A DNA stretch of 64,000 bases from Malacoraja senta (lineage: Eukaryota). Position numbers and translations under genes: made by a program. Shown here in pieces: positions 12,701 to 27,700 of the stretch. Location of the stretch: positions 372,001 through 436,000 of the forward strand of contig CM075993.1 in NCBI GenBank assembly GCA_038087875.1, read 5' to 3'. The notes beneath the pieces were generated by a model, which searched no databases, was not told the DNA's origin, and worked only from the letters and a program-made list of their open reading frames with translations. The stretch's first letter is position 1; every line of letters starts with the position of its first letter.

Positions 12701-15700
12701 AGTTTCAATAAGGTAAATAAGATTTTAATTTTTAAAAGAAAGCTGCTACTTTACTTGTCTTCTTAAAGAAGCCATAACTTCCTTAATGGCAGAAATATTG
12801 TGTCCCAGAGCTAGAGAATCGAACACAGCTCCTGATTCTGATCACCAGGCAGTAGTTCAGGGGAGAGGGTCAGGCAAGATGTCCAATTGCTCGGTGTTAG
12901 TGATGTGTTGGTAGCAGCACAGGAGCTCATCCCAACCAGATTGCAAGAAATTCAGAAATAGGGAAATGCAGTAAAATCATATTTAAACAGAAATTCACAT
13001 GCAAAAAAGTTAGTTTGAAAAACTGTACAGCTATAGAACGATAAGAAAGACTACACATTTTGGAAGGAGAAGCTCAAAAGAGAAAAAAAGAATATCAACC
13101 ATAAACAACAATTGAACAGATGGAATCACAATAAACTGTAAAAGGGAGCCAGGAAGAGAAAACGACGATGGCTGTGCTCATGAGAGAGACGCGCTAGTTG
13201 GGAACTAGCAGTACATGCAGTAAATACCAAGGCAACAACTCCTGGATCACTGCTGCTCTTACAGGTAGCTCAGTCACCATCCTCTGCTGGCTTCATGGTT
13301 TGACATTGGGCAAAACAGTTGCATCATCTGGTCATTGTCAGACTGCACTCTTCAATATTAGGCACAAAAATACCAACAGCTGCACAGTTTCACATTGTAT
13401 CACTGTCAAAATACACTTGAATCGACCCTAGATACAGAATGAACAGAAAACGGCATTCACCGACTTACAGAGTCCTGAAATGCCAGCAGAACTACATTCT
13501 TCAATCTCTCAAGTGAGTTTTAGTTATTCTTCTCCACTGATGTCATCCTGCACAACTGAGCCAAAAATAGAGTGCTTCCTATGCTTAAGGCACAGACCTT
13601 GTAGCCTGACAGCTCCCATACTGAACAAAGGCAGGAAACTGAGGCACTGGATATACAAGTTAACCTTTCACAGTGAAAAGAATGAATTCATGCATTAGTG
13701 AGTGAAAATTCTATGGGAGGCAACATGTAAAGGGGATGTGTCAATCTGCAGAGACCTCACCGACAGCAAGCTCAGACAGTAACACCAAAACTCAGTTCCT
13801 GGATTTAAAAATTAAGAACCAATTTCCCTTGCAGAATCGTCACCATGATCTGGGGCCCTGGAATTCAGTCGAGGTTTCCCAATTACTGAAGAGCCAGCTC
13901 TACCACCAATCATCGTGCAGATCCCAAACCCAAGTGAGATGTTCTTTTGCCCATTTAAAGTAAAGGTGGCACCCAGTTAGACAATGAGGATAGGAAAACC
14001 GTGAGACACAAGAGGGTACAGATGTTGGATTTGATTTTTTTTTTAAACTACTGGAGGAAGTCAATGGATCAGGCAGCATCTGTGAAGAGAAAGGGGTAGG
14101 TATCATTTTGGGTTGGGACCCCTCTTGGTTTTGCTCCACAGCTGCTGCCTGGCCTGCTGAGTTCCTCCAACTGCTTTTTGCAGGGCAGTCCCTTGATGCA
14201 TGGCAAAGAGTTACAATGATTTACCCCTGACTAGGTAATACAGACACAGACAGGGGGCATTCAACATATTCGGCAATGAAAACTGACCAAAATATACAAT
14301 TTTTCTAGTTATACTGTCAATGATCAAAAATATCAAAATGATCAACATCTCTAATGTATGAGAGATCATAGAACTCAATTATCTAGAAATAACAGACAAG
14401 AGTGCAGAAGCTGGATTTTCTGAAATGAAATGATCTAAAAATTATACAGCCTAAAAATGCTAGAGTGTACAGTACAACCTTCCACACAATACAATGAATT
14501 AAGCCCCCCACACAATACAATTAACCCCCCCACAATACAATTAACCTCCCCACCTCAAACAATGCAATTAACCCCCCCCCTCCAAAGAGAAAGGGCAGTG
14601 GTCTACCTTCCATTGCTGATTGGCTGTGGAGAATGGTGCGAGTGGTCAGACCAATCTGACTGCTTGTCGGGCGAGCGGGAACGACTGCGCAAGTGAGGCC
14701 TCTCATTTGAATGGTTGGAATGATCAGATACCAGCGAATGGATTTCTGAAATATCTAACAACAACATTCACAGGCTCATGTGCTGTTACTTAACACCAAC
14801 TCAAATTGCAATAAAACAAATCTCCATTGCTTTAGTTGTTTGCAGACAACATTGTGTGGGCAATATCACAGGCTGCACACTGCAACCGCTCAGCTCTCTC
14901 AGTGAACCCAGTTACCCAGTTGTGCTGATCCAAGACTGGCTCATAACTTAAACTAACCCCAGTCTACAGCACATTTCACACTGCCATTTCCTTTGAAGCC
15001 GAATGGTGGTACAGCAGTAGAGTTGCTGCCTTACAGCTCCAGAGATCCAGGTTCGATCCTGACCACTGGTGCTGTCTCTATGGAGTTTGTACGTTGTCCC
15101 CGTGACATATGTGGGTTTCTCCGAGATCTTCGATTTCCTCCCACACTCCAAAGACGTACAGGTTTGTAGGTTAATTGGCTTGCTATCAATGTAAAATAAA
15201 TTGTCCCCAGTGGGCCGATGGGCCTGTTTCCACGCTGTATCTCTAAATTAAACTACTGCTCTTTACCAATCAGATACTAAACCTCTGCTCAACACATCAC
15301 TTACATTCCAAAGCCAGAAGCAGATGGGACCACAATCCTGTCCCAAAAGGACCATTGGATCATACACTTACCATCTCTTTCAGAAGCATTTGCAGAAGGA
15401 ATGCTGTCTTCCAAATCAGGCACATTTAGGAGAGTGGCTCTTTCATCTCTCTGTACCACCATTTTAAGCTTTCCCTTTGATCTCTCTATTAGTTTCTTTG
15501 CATCTCCCAACGACATGTTTTCTGTAACAGTGCCATTGATCTGTAATGGAACAAAAGAATCTTAGTAATACTGAGCTTAGAAGCCAAATGCAAATAGCAC
15601 AGACCTTATCTATAAGCAGCAGTCACAGAAAGACAATAGCATGCTCTATGGTACACACAGTTCAAACAATGCTATTACCACTTGGTTTCTGCATTTGTAT

Positions 15701-18700
15701 AGATAGCATTCTTCTGAAAGAGCAGAGTATTTCCTTTATCAGCAAAGCAGCAAATGGCAATCACAGTAATGCAAGACACTGCACCACAGCAGATCTTTGT
15801 CAGCTCGAATTACAACATGATTTGATGAATTGACCAAGATACTATTATATTAAACCCAAAGCACACCATTCAGTGCAGAGTCACTCAGCATATTGTAGAT
15901 ATCAAACTGATAACACTTTAAAACATTAATGTACAGTGTGACAGCATAACATTTAATGGCAGGTCAACAGCAACAATTTTGTTTTAGAAACACAATATTA
16001 GTATAGTTTCATTGCTGCTTGAGATGGCTGCTTATTTCAAAAGCTACATACTTAAGGTTTCCTTTACTTCCAAAACCTGTTGCACATCACTCCAAATGGT
16101 CACAACACTCAGTTGATCCTGGCCCACACCAGCTTCCCACCAAAGCCAGCTGCTAGATCTTCCCACCAGCCCTTTCTCAATAGCTTTACTTTTTTTTCCC
16201 ACTATGTATTTATCCAATTTCTTCCTTAGAGGCCCCAATCGAATCTGCCTCCAGCACAACTGCAGTCATTACATTTCAGATTCACCCATAAGTTGTGTAG
16301 AAAGGTTATTCTGCTCAATTCTTTTCCCCGCTACGTCATACCTATGATCTCTCGACGTCCGCTATCTGTCTGTCCAGCTCACATTATTTTATATACTTCT
16401 AACAAATCTCACCTTGGCTTTCTCCAAAAAACTGTCCCAACCTCTCTAAACTCTCCTTGGAACAATAGTTCTTCATCCCAGAAACCTCTCTCAACCGAAT
16501 CTGCATCCTCCCTAGCTCCTTTACACATTTCCAATAATATGTGCATAGACTTTCCACGCTATATCTCAAAGCTAAACTAGAACATAATGCACCTGTTGAG
16601 GCTGGACAAACATCTCAAAGGATCAGTATAACTTTCCTGCATCCCTCCACTGATGAAGCCCATTAACTGTGCAGATCTTCTGTCTCAACGTCCTCCCATT
16701 CGGTTTCTTTTCTCACAGATGTTGTCTGACAACGGGTCTTTATGGCCAATTTGAAATCTAACATCTTTTTAAAAACGTAGGACTTGAAGGGTACAAGATT
16801 GCACCTGAAACGTGGTGACTTTGTATTGTCTCAGTCTGGTCTACTGCCTTACACTGGTGTGGTGGTATGATTGAGGTTGCAGATTTTATGCAGAAACTAA
16901 TCCAGATCTGTAGTCAATGTGCATGGTTGCAGATGATTTAAAGTGGCACAACAGTCATCGTCAGCATGTTTGTGCTCCTCGACTCAGAACAGACACACAA
17001 TGTGGCCCCGAGATTAGACCAGTGAGCTACGGGGAATGCACAAATCAAGCACAGCTTAAATCTATGCCGTCTAATTTTAGACTCCCTCAGCCTGGGTGAA
17101 AGACAGGCTATTCACCTTAACTATTTTCCTCATTTTATAAACCTCTAAGCTCACCTTTCAGCCTCTGACATTCTGGTGAAAAAAGTCCCATACTATTTAG
17201 CCTCTTCCTATAACTCAAACCCTCCAGACCAAGTAACAAGCTGGTAATTCTTTTTTTTCCCACCGTTTTCAGTTTAATAACATCTTTCCTACCTGCACCT
17301 TGCAAAGCTGTAAAGGCCTGTCCCACTGTACGAGGTAATTCAAGAGTTCTCCCGAGTTTCCCCTGATTCGAACTCGGAGAATTGCGGTAATAGCCGTTCA
17401 TAGGTACTCGGGGCTCTCGTGGACATTTTTCACAGTGCTGAAAAAACTTCACAAGCTTACCGCGTTTCCCGAGGACCTGCCGTTAGCATTATGAGCCGCT
17501 AAGAGACGTCCCGAGCTCCTACGTACCCGATACGTACTTACCACGAGTTTGATTTTCTTTTAAACTCGGGAGAGCTCTTGGGTAAACTCATATAGTGGAA
17601 CAGGCCCTTAACACAATGTCACAAAGCTGTAAGACAATGTCACAACTCCTATACTCAATACCCTGACAGATGAAGTCAGATGTGCCAAATGCCTTCTTCA
17701 TACCCCTTCTAACCGTGTCAATACTGTCATGGAACTATATACTGTACCTGCATCCCACAATCTCTGTCTACAAATGCCCCAGGGCCCTACCATTTACCAT
17801 CTATGTCCTGCCAGAGTTTATCTTATCAAAATGCAACACCTCACATTTACCCAAATTAAAATCTATCTGCTATAAAACAAAATATAAAACTAGACAGGTT
17901 TGATCCTGTGTGGACATTAAGATTTTATTATTTTAAGATAATAAGAATTTTTAGAATTAAGGACAAGAGCCTTACCTCTTCCTTATAAAATGCTTTCAAA
18001 TGGCAGTGCATGTTCAGCTCAATTTCAATATGGAATCGGAGAGTGTGATGAGGGAAAAACTAAAAAGGATTGACATTCAAGCTGTTGAAAAAGGGAAGCC
18101 TAAACGTGACTGACCTTCAACACGACATCTCCCTCATGGACGTTACCATCCTTGGCAGCCAGCCCTTCTGAAGAGATCTCTTTCACAAAAATATGACTTG
18201 CCAATCGCAGACCGTACTCTGAGAAAACAAATCAATTCATGTTAATTCTGAAAACAACAGAGTTCTTTTATAGAAGTGTTAAAAAAAAGAGGACATTTTA
18301 AAACTTCAGAGAGAAAAAAACTGAACTCAATTTAAGCAAGAACGTATAATCAGAAAATTCTAAACATCTGTTCCATTGATTCATCTTTTCGGAAACTTCC
18401 ATTTGCTACTGATTTTAAACAAGAGTGGCTTAGGTGCTAGGTGAGTGATGGTACTTGCCGTGGAAACAGCTCGCGTGTAAACAGTTGATGTCATTCAGCG
18501 ATCCATGTTTGCCCCTCCAATACGTTTCACAGATCAGTTGGCTGTCACTTCACCACCCGAGTTTGTACCAGGTAAGAAGCCGAGCACGACCTTGGCCTTC
18601 TGGTCCATTCTCCCTCCCACACTAAATTACCCAGCCAATATCCTCGCCTTTCACAGGACCAAGCTCTACTTCCACCACAGGATCTATGGAACTTCAATTC

Positions 18701-21700
18701 AAATAATCTGGAATGTGGTAAACGATCAGCAATGACACAACCCCAGCAGCTGACCGTTCTAGGTCTGAATGTCATTACCTCAACCATACTCTGCGTGCAA
18801 CATCAGACAGGATGTGGGCTTCAAATAGTTAACATTTTAATACTGTTTTAAACCAGTCATTACAATTTAAATGCAATCCAAGTTGGTTGTAAAATAACTT
18901 CTTGTGGAATGCAACGTAAAATAGGCCATATCAAATCAGTAAATGTTAAACTGCAGATCCTGGAAATAGCAATGTAGAACAAAATATACAAATCAGGAGA
19001 CAATGTGGAACTGCCGCCAATTACAGTTGGAATTTCTTAATTGCAATAGTTCAACAATTTAAATCTTCATGGGTAGATTCAAACTCGCGTTCCAGTCTTT
19101 CCCCTTGTGACAGAACCATTACCAACATCATAAATATCCGTGCAAGCCTGTGTGGCCTGACTGCAGCAAGGCCAGACATCGTGAAAACTTGCCTCAAGCA
19201 TGTGGACACTTCATTCACAACCGATTACACAGCTCAGTATGAATAAAGTGACATCATGCTTACAAACCAGATTGTTGAAAACTGATCCAAACTCCAGAGC
19301 ACACAGAAAGCAATGAAACAAAACCTCAGCACAGTGAGCCGACTGCACGCCTTCCATTGTAACATCCATCCCTTGCACCACAAACACCTCCAGAGGTGAA
19401 CCCTCCTCCTCCAAAGCCCACACTGGCTGCTAGTAGTTTACCCAAATGTCATTATAGTCTCAAAATCCCCACAGTCTAGCACGGAATCGGAATTGCAGGC
19501 ATAAGCAAAACGTCTAGATACTGTACCCTGGTAGATAAACACCATGTGTAAGACTGTGAATATCAACATGAAATTCAACTTTGAAGGACATCAAAACTAG
19601 GCACAATCCTGTTTCTACAATTCTGGTCTGGCCTGATGAGCAAAAGCCTTTACAGCTATGGTGTTGGACAGGAGCAATCAAGCACAATATCCTCTTCCAG
19701 AGACAGACACATAAAGCTGGAGTAACTCAGCGGGACAGGCAGCTTCTCTGGGTGGGTGACGTTTTTTCAGTCTGAAGGGTCTCGATCCGAAACGTCACCT
19801 ATTCCTTCTCTCCAAAGATGCTGCCTGTCGCGCTGATTTACTCCAGATTTTTGTGTCTATCTTGGGTGTAAACCAGCATCTGCAGTACCTTCCTACAATC
19901 TCCTCTTCCAGTTTCATTATCCAAGGCCAATTAGAGTCAGGTGTAAAATAGAGAAACTAGGAATTACAGATGCTGGTTTACAAAAAAAAAAGACAAAGAG
20001 CTAGAATAACTTAGCAGGTCAGGCTGTATCTCTGGAGAACATGGATAGTGACGATTTAGGTCAGGACCCTTTTAAGATATAGGTTCAGACATTTTGGATC
20101 GGAACCCTTTTTTAGACATGCATTCAGTATTTCAACTCATCTTGTTACGAATGGTCTTAAACCTCTACAAGAAAATCAAAAGCTTACTAGTAACGTAACT
20201 TTTATTCTATTGCTCAGCTTTGGGTAATATTTTCAGTCAGACCAATATACTAAATACTAAATGCATGATCTCCATGCGAGATATGTGCAGCTATTATTTT
20301 TCAGATGAACACACCTTCACTCTTTCTTGACTTTACCAATGTCACTTTAATGGGTTTAGGTGGGAGATGTGAAGACACCGATCGTCGCTCTGATCTTGGT
20401 GACAAGCTTCTCTCTCTATCTTCATGCCTCCCAATCTTCCTCTCACTCCTCCTCTCGCCATAAGGACTCCGCCCACTTCGTCCACTTTTACGATCATAAA
20501 CCTCCTCGTCTTCAAAACTATCCTCCTCAGGCTCCGATACAGGCGGTCGATCTGGCTCTGCTCGAGTCACCGGCATCTGAATTTTCCTTTTCCTCCTGAT
20601 CGTCTGCAAGTATTTAAAAACAGCAGGTTATCAGAGCCTAAGCATTAACTACTTCCATTTTTACTGAGTTAGTTTGGAATTCCTGTCGCCACTGTTGCAA
20701 ATACTCTGACCCACGTGAGTAAACAATGGGGGAAGTCCTACTCCAGAAATCGAGTACACATTTCAAGACTTCACTCCAATGAAGTATTGATGTAGTGCTG
20801 CATGCTTTCATTTCAAACATTAAACCAAATTAAACTCTGCTCTCTCCTGTAGGTATAACGGATGCCACTGTTTTTTTGTGCCATCTGTCTCATGTTCTAT
20901 GCTTCAGCCCATAATCATCAGAATGCAGATGAGCTCATCTATTCACACAAAATATACACTGAGATGAGAGGACAATTTTGTCATCTGGTAACCATGGCTT
21001 TGTGGAAAAATGAAAATTAAATCTGAGAAATTTCAAAGTTACTGAAAACAAAAAAGAAAATTAATTTTTGCAACTTCATCGATGAATACCGATCCTTACC
21101 TGAGGAAATACACTAATTGAAATAGGAGGCGTTTAGCCAGGTAAATGAATAAGAAAGGTTTAGAGGGATTTGGGCCAAATGTAGGCAAATGGGAATCATT
21201 CAAGTAGGCATGGTGGGCCAAAAGGCTGCTTCCTGACCACATGACCCTTAAGAATTGCCATAAAATAATAATCTATAGTGGAAAATGCATCATTGTATGG
21301 ATATGACAGAAACAATATTGAACAATTTTGGAAAAATATCAATATCTGCATTAACTTGTCCAAACACCAGCTCCAGCGTGATCTTAACTGAAAAGAAACA
21401 ATTTGATATATTTGATGCTACCGCACAGCTCTAGCAACCTAGATTCTGATGGTATCTGTGTGAAGATTACATATTCTGACTGGTGATATAGTGAACAGAG
21501 AAGGATGTTATTTAAGATTACAACAGGATCTTGATCAACTGGACCAATGGGCCAGGGAATGGCAGATGCAGTTTAATTCAGATAAATACATGGTGTTGCG
21601 TTTTAGAAAGGCAAATCAGGGTGAGTAGGGCCCAGGGGTGCAGGTACGTTGTTCCTTAAAAATGGTGACAGAGGCAGACAGAGTGAAGGATGTATTTAGC

Positions 21701-24700
21701 AAGCTTGCCTTGATCAGTCAGTATATTGAGTACAGTATTTGGAGTTGTGTCATCATGTTACAGCCGTTCAAGACGTTGGTAAGGCCACATATGGAGTACT
21801 AATTCTAATTGTCCTGCTAAAAGAAGGATGTCATTACATTGGAAAGGGTGCAAAAAGAGATACGAGAGTACCTTACCAGGACTGGAGGGTTTGAGAGATA
21901 ATGAGAGCTGGAGAGGTGAGGTCCTTTTTCACTGGAGCATGGGAGGTTGAAAGGTGACCTACTAAAAAGTGTATAATATCATTATAGATATATAAAGATA
22001 AAATAGATGGCCATATACATTTCCACAAAGGCAGGAGAGACTAGAATACAGGGCATAAGTTTAAGGTGAAAACGGAAAGATTTACAAGGGACTGCAGAGG
22101 CAACTTTTTCATACAGAGGACGTGTAAATGGAATGAGCTTCTAGTGGAAGCTGTAAGACTTCATATAATTATGAAGTTTTAAAATAAACTTGGACTGGTA
22201 CAAGTATGGGAAAGGTCAGCAGCTGGCAAGTGGGACTAGCTCGGTTAGGTAACTTGGTGGGTATGGACAAGTTGGGTCGAAGGGCTTGTTTTTCCATGCT
22301 CCGTGATAATGCGTGCTCACTCCAGGTGCTCCGGTTTCCTTCCACTCCAAAATAAATGCTTGGTGGGAGGCTAATTGGCTACAGTGAATTAGACCAGTGA
22401 GTGGCAGGAGAATCGGCAGGGGGGAACAGAGGGGGGGGGGGGGGGGGGAGGGGATCACTTACATGCACAACTGAGAGAAGTTTAATGGAGAACAGGATTG
22501 CCTTGAGAACTGGCACTGTCTTGAGAACGCAATGGCCCATTTGGCTATGAGCGTCACATGGAGGCACAAATATGAAAATTGAGTAAATTCAATACTGGAT
22601 CATGTGGCATCTCCATTACTCTGTTCCACTGATAACTGTTCATTGAACAATTAGTCAGTTGCATTCATTTCCCAAATTTTAAAACTAGTATGCACAATAT
22701 TATGCTTGGTCCTGACAAATGCAATATGTTTTTTTGAATAAATATGAATGTCAATGGGTTGATTATTACATGTTGGCCCTTGTTAACTTTTAACACAAAA
22801 ACAGGTTTCACCTCCCATTTTGAAATATCATACTTTATGATTCAACTTACAATTTTTGCATTCTTTCCACTTTTCCGCAGCTGCTGGACCGCAAATGCAT
22901 GTTCCACGTTATCCATTGAAACACCATTAACCATGGCAACCCGGTCATTTTCACTGGGAGAGAAAAAACGCATGATGAAAATGGGGCCTCTGTGCCAACA
23001 ACCAATTTATAAAAAGTAAGTACTCCATCTCTTCAGCATCAGATTTTTATTTGTAGATGAGATTCTGGGTTTGATTAAGCAGAACAAGATCTCTATAAAC
23101 AAATTCTTCAAACAATGGCTATTTAAAGGTCTTTTCTGGATTAGGAGGATTCATCCTTTATTTAAATTAATGGAATTTTTAGATCAACATTCGAGCTAAA
23201 TGAAGCAATTCTTGAGATGTGTGAAACAAGACTGCCCATTTCAAACCAAACTACTTTTTAAATGACTGCACACAGTTTGCTATAAAATTGACAACCAGAA
23301 CAGAGAAATGTGCCCTTTGCCCAGATATGGGAAGAACAGGATGCTTCGGCCTAACAACTGTTCTGAGTTCCACTTCTTATCTTTAATTTCAAAGGCATTT
23401 TAAGATGTGAACCTCATGCCTTTAAGGGAGGGGAAGAAAAAGACTGTAGTCAGAATGTCTGGCAGACAAACGTCTGCAGATCCTGGAATGTCCTCCAAAA
23501 ACCAGAACGTTGGAAAAGCCATCGTAAAGAGGCGGCAGAGAGGGTTGAGGCAATAGTAGCAAGTCGGATACAGGTGAGGAAGGGTTGACTGGCAGATAAG
23601 TCAGGTGGCAGGGGGAAAGGTGAAGATAGTGACAAAGGAATGGAAGTGGACAAGTGGAGAATACAAGGCTGCAGATTCAGGAATTTACTACGGCAAAGGA
23701 TGGAACCAGTGAAACGAGATGGAACGAGAAACAGAGGCAGATGGGAACTACAGAGGAAGGGGAGGGGTGAGCAGTATCTTAGGGAAGAAGGGGTTGGTCA
23801 AACTTGCGATTGTTTTCTCTAGAATGGAGTTTGAGGGGAGAATTGATGGAAATACATAAAATTGGGAGAGGCATAGAGTGGGTAGAAAATCAGAACCTTT
23901 TTTCCCCAGGATGGAAGTGGCAAAGTCAAGAGGGCAAAGCTTTAAGGTCAGATGGAATAAATTTAAAGATGTGGGGGCATGTTTTTTTTTTGAGTGGTGG
24001 TTGCCTGGAATGCACTGCCAGGGGTGATGGTGGAAGCAGATACTATATGGCATTTACGAGGCATTTAGACAAGCACATGGATACGCTGGGAATTAAGGGA
24101 GAGGGATCATGTGCAAGGGGAGATTAATTCGGCATCATGATCAACAGAGATTCAAAGGGCCCGTTTCTGTGCTTCATGTTTGATGAATTAAGAGTTGACC
24201 AGGTGGTGAGGGCCTGGTCCCTCATTTAGGGCAGACTAGGTAAGGAAGATAGACAATGAGTGTAGGAGTAGGCCATTCGGCCCTTCGAGCCAGCACTGCC
24301 ATTCAATGTGATCATGGCTGATCATCCACAATCAGTACCCCGTTCCTGCCTTCTCCCCATAATCCCTGACTTCGCTATCTTTGAGACCTATCTAGCTCTC
24401 TCTTGAAAGTCTCCAGAGAACCGGCCTCCACCACCCTCTGAGGCAGAGAATTCCACAGACTCACAACTCTGTGTGAAAAAGTGTTTCCTCATCTCCGTTC
24501 TAAATGGCTTACCCCTTATTCTTAAACTGTGACCCCTGTTCTGGACTCCCCCAACATCGGGAACATGTTTCCTGCCTCTAGCGTGTCCAAACCCTTAATA
24601 CTCTTATATGTTTCAATAAAATTCCCTCTCATCCTTCTAAATTGCAGCGTATACAAGCCCAGCCACTCCATTCTCTCAGCATATGACAGTCCCGCCATCC

Positions 24701-27700
24701 CAAGACAGACTTCCTCCCCTGGAGGACGTGTACTAGATGGGTTTTTGCAACAATTGTTCATACTTTAATTATTACTACGGCTGGATAATGTTTCAAATTC
24801 CAAATGAACCCGAGGACAGTTCAGGATGGGCAATAAATGTTGGCGTAACTATTGCAGCTCAGATCCTGGAAAATCAGAAAAAACGGAATGCCAATTCCTG
24901 TCTGTCGCATCACATTGAATACTTAAGCGACACATTCATGAGATAGTGTCGTTTTTCTGACTTACTGCAACAAGCCTTCAGCTGGTCCTCCTTTCAAAAC
25001 ATCTGAAATGACTATGGAGGTTTCTCCACTCTGGAAGTGGGGGTTATCCTTCCCTCCTGATATCGCAATTCCAAATCCAAAGCCAGGAGCCTGAAATTTA
25101 AAGACATATCTCACTCACCGCAAGTGATCAAAACTGTAGTAAATGGTAAATAAATTAAAAATGCTCACGCTAAAAATAATGTAATTGTCCTTGATAATCT
25201 TACTCTGAATGAACACAGCAACTTAGATGCATTCAAAACAGAGAATGCAGGAAGCACTCATCAGATTAGGTAACATCAGCTGGAGAATGCAGATTTGACA
25301 TTTTGAGCCAAGGACACTTCAGAATAGAAACGTGATAAAACAAGCATGTTAAATTGCAAGAGGGAAAGAGCAGAAGAGAACAGAAGGAAAGTCTGTGAAG
25401 GAACCCAAGACCATGACACAAGTAGTTACCAACGGGCCTCTGGAGCTTGCCCTGCCATCACACTTGATCATGGCTGATAACTATAATCCCCTTTCACTCC
25501 CCACACTCTCTTATAGTTTAAATGCCTGGATACATAATTGAAACAATTGCAGTTGGCCCACGGAGGCAAAAGAAGTCGTATTTACTTAACCTCCCATTTT
25601 AACAAGGATAAAGTTCATTGAAACAAGTTCGTTCACATTTATAAGTATAAGTATATGTATAAGTATCCTTTATTGTCATTCAGACCTTTCGGTCTGAACA
25701 AAATTTCGTGCCACATGCACCAATTAAGGTACAGTGATATTTGAGTTACAAAGTAAAAAAATGCAATACACAATAATTTTAAAATAAACATCCACCACAG
25801 TGGAATCAACATTCCTCACTGTGATGGAAGGCAATAAAGTTCAGTCATCTTCCTCCTTTGTTCACCCGTGGTGGTCGGGGCCTTGAACCCTCAGCACTGC
25901 CTCTGCCCGAGGTTGAAGCCCTCTCATGCCTCGGTATGATGGAGACTACGGCGTCGGGACGGAACCGAAACACTCCGCGGCATGGAGCTCCCGAGTCGAC
26001 CTTTTCTTACCCGAGAATGCGGCTTCACGGTGTCAAAGTCCACAAGCCCTGCGGGCGGAGCACTACCACAGCGATCCTCGGCAAAGGATTGCCCGCTGCG
26101 CGATGGTAAGTCCGCGCCGCGCTTGCGGCTTAAAGCTCCAGGTCTCCAGGAAAGGCCACACCAATCCAGTTGTTAGGCCATGGGGAGGGGACAGAGACGT
26201 GACATGAAGATCACATCTCCGTCGAGGTAAGTGAGGTAGGTAACATACACAACAGGATGCGACAAATCACAAAACATTTACAGGAGGCCATATTGCCCAT
26301 CATCCCTAACAGTCAGAAGACAGCCTTGTCTGCGAACGTGCATGTCCCTTTAATAAACCTTTCTGTCTCCACCACCCTATCAGGCAGCAAATTTCAGACC
26401 ACCTTCTGGGGAAATAACGTTTTTCTTCTAATGCAATTCAATCCTCCTACCAATCACTTAAAATCTAAACCCTCTTACATAGATACATAGAAAATAGGTG
26501 CAGGAGTACGCCATTCGGCCCTTCGAGCCTGCACCGCCATTCAATATGATCATGGCTGATCATCCAACTCAGTATCCAACTCTTATTTTAGATCTCTCTG
26601 CCAAGACATATAGGTCCTCCCTTCTTTCCTCTCTCAAGGTCAGGCATGATTTCTCCTGCCCTCTATCAGGCCATGAGGCCTCGTATCTTCCCATAACAGA
26701 GATCCGTCCCGTTTCTGTCAACTATTGCGCTCTTCCGCTTGGCGGAAAGTGCAGGCAGATAAGAGCTGGCCTTCGCATGGAACTAGCCTGCACCCTCAAC
26801 AACCTTTGATTTGTTTAGTTTAGAGATACAGCGTAGAAACAAGTCAAGTCAAATTTATTTATATAGCACATTTAAAAAACAACTCTCGTTGGCCAAAGTG
26901 CTTTACATTTGTTATAAGAATAGCACAAACAAAACAAACTACACACATATATCCATGTAGCCCTCACTCAGAGGACGTCAGGAAAGGCTTGGGAGTATAG
27001 ATAAGTCTTTAGTCTTGACTTAAAAGAATCGATGGAGGGGGCAGTTCTGATGGGAAAGGGGATGCTGTTCCACAGTCATGGGGCTGCAACCGCAAAGGCG
27101 CGGTTGCCCCTGAGCTTATGCCTAGACCGCGGGATATTCAGCAACCCCAAGTCGGCCGATCTGAGGGGCCTGGAGGTGGAGTGGTGGGTGAGAAGACTTT
27201 TTATGTAGGTGGGGGCAAGCCCATTGAGGGCTTTGTAGACATGGAGGAGGATCTTGAAGTTTATACGGAACCGCACAGGGAGCCAGTGGAGAGAGGCCAG
27301 GATCGGGGTGATGTGGTCCCTTTTTCGGGTGCCCGTCAGGAGTCTCGCTGCGGCGTTTTGGACCAGTTGCAGGCGGGACAGGGAAGATTGGCTGATGCCA
27401 GTGTAAAGGGAGTTGCAGTAATCTAGGCGGGAGGAGATGAATGTGTGGATGATCTTTTCGAGGTCATCAAACTGGAGGAATTGTTTTATTTTAGTTATCG
27501 TCCGAAGCTGAAAGAAGCTAGCTTTTACCACGGCATTGACTTGTTTGTCAAATTTCAATGCTGAGTCAAATATCACGCCAAGGTTTTTGACGTGAGGTTT
27601 GAGTAGATTCAGATTCAGATTCAGAAAACGTTATTGTCTGTCGTAACAGAAAATCTTCTTTGGCGTGGCTCAACACACAAACAGGACAATGTACTGATAA

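Noticed and set aside
26727-26740. gcgctcttccgctt, resembling plasmid backbone
   Set aside because: The match is too short and the flanks do not continue as vector sequence.
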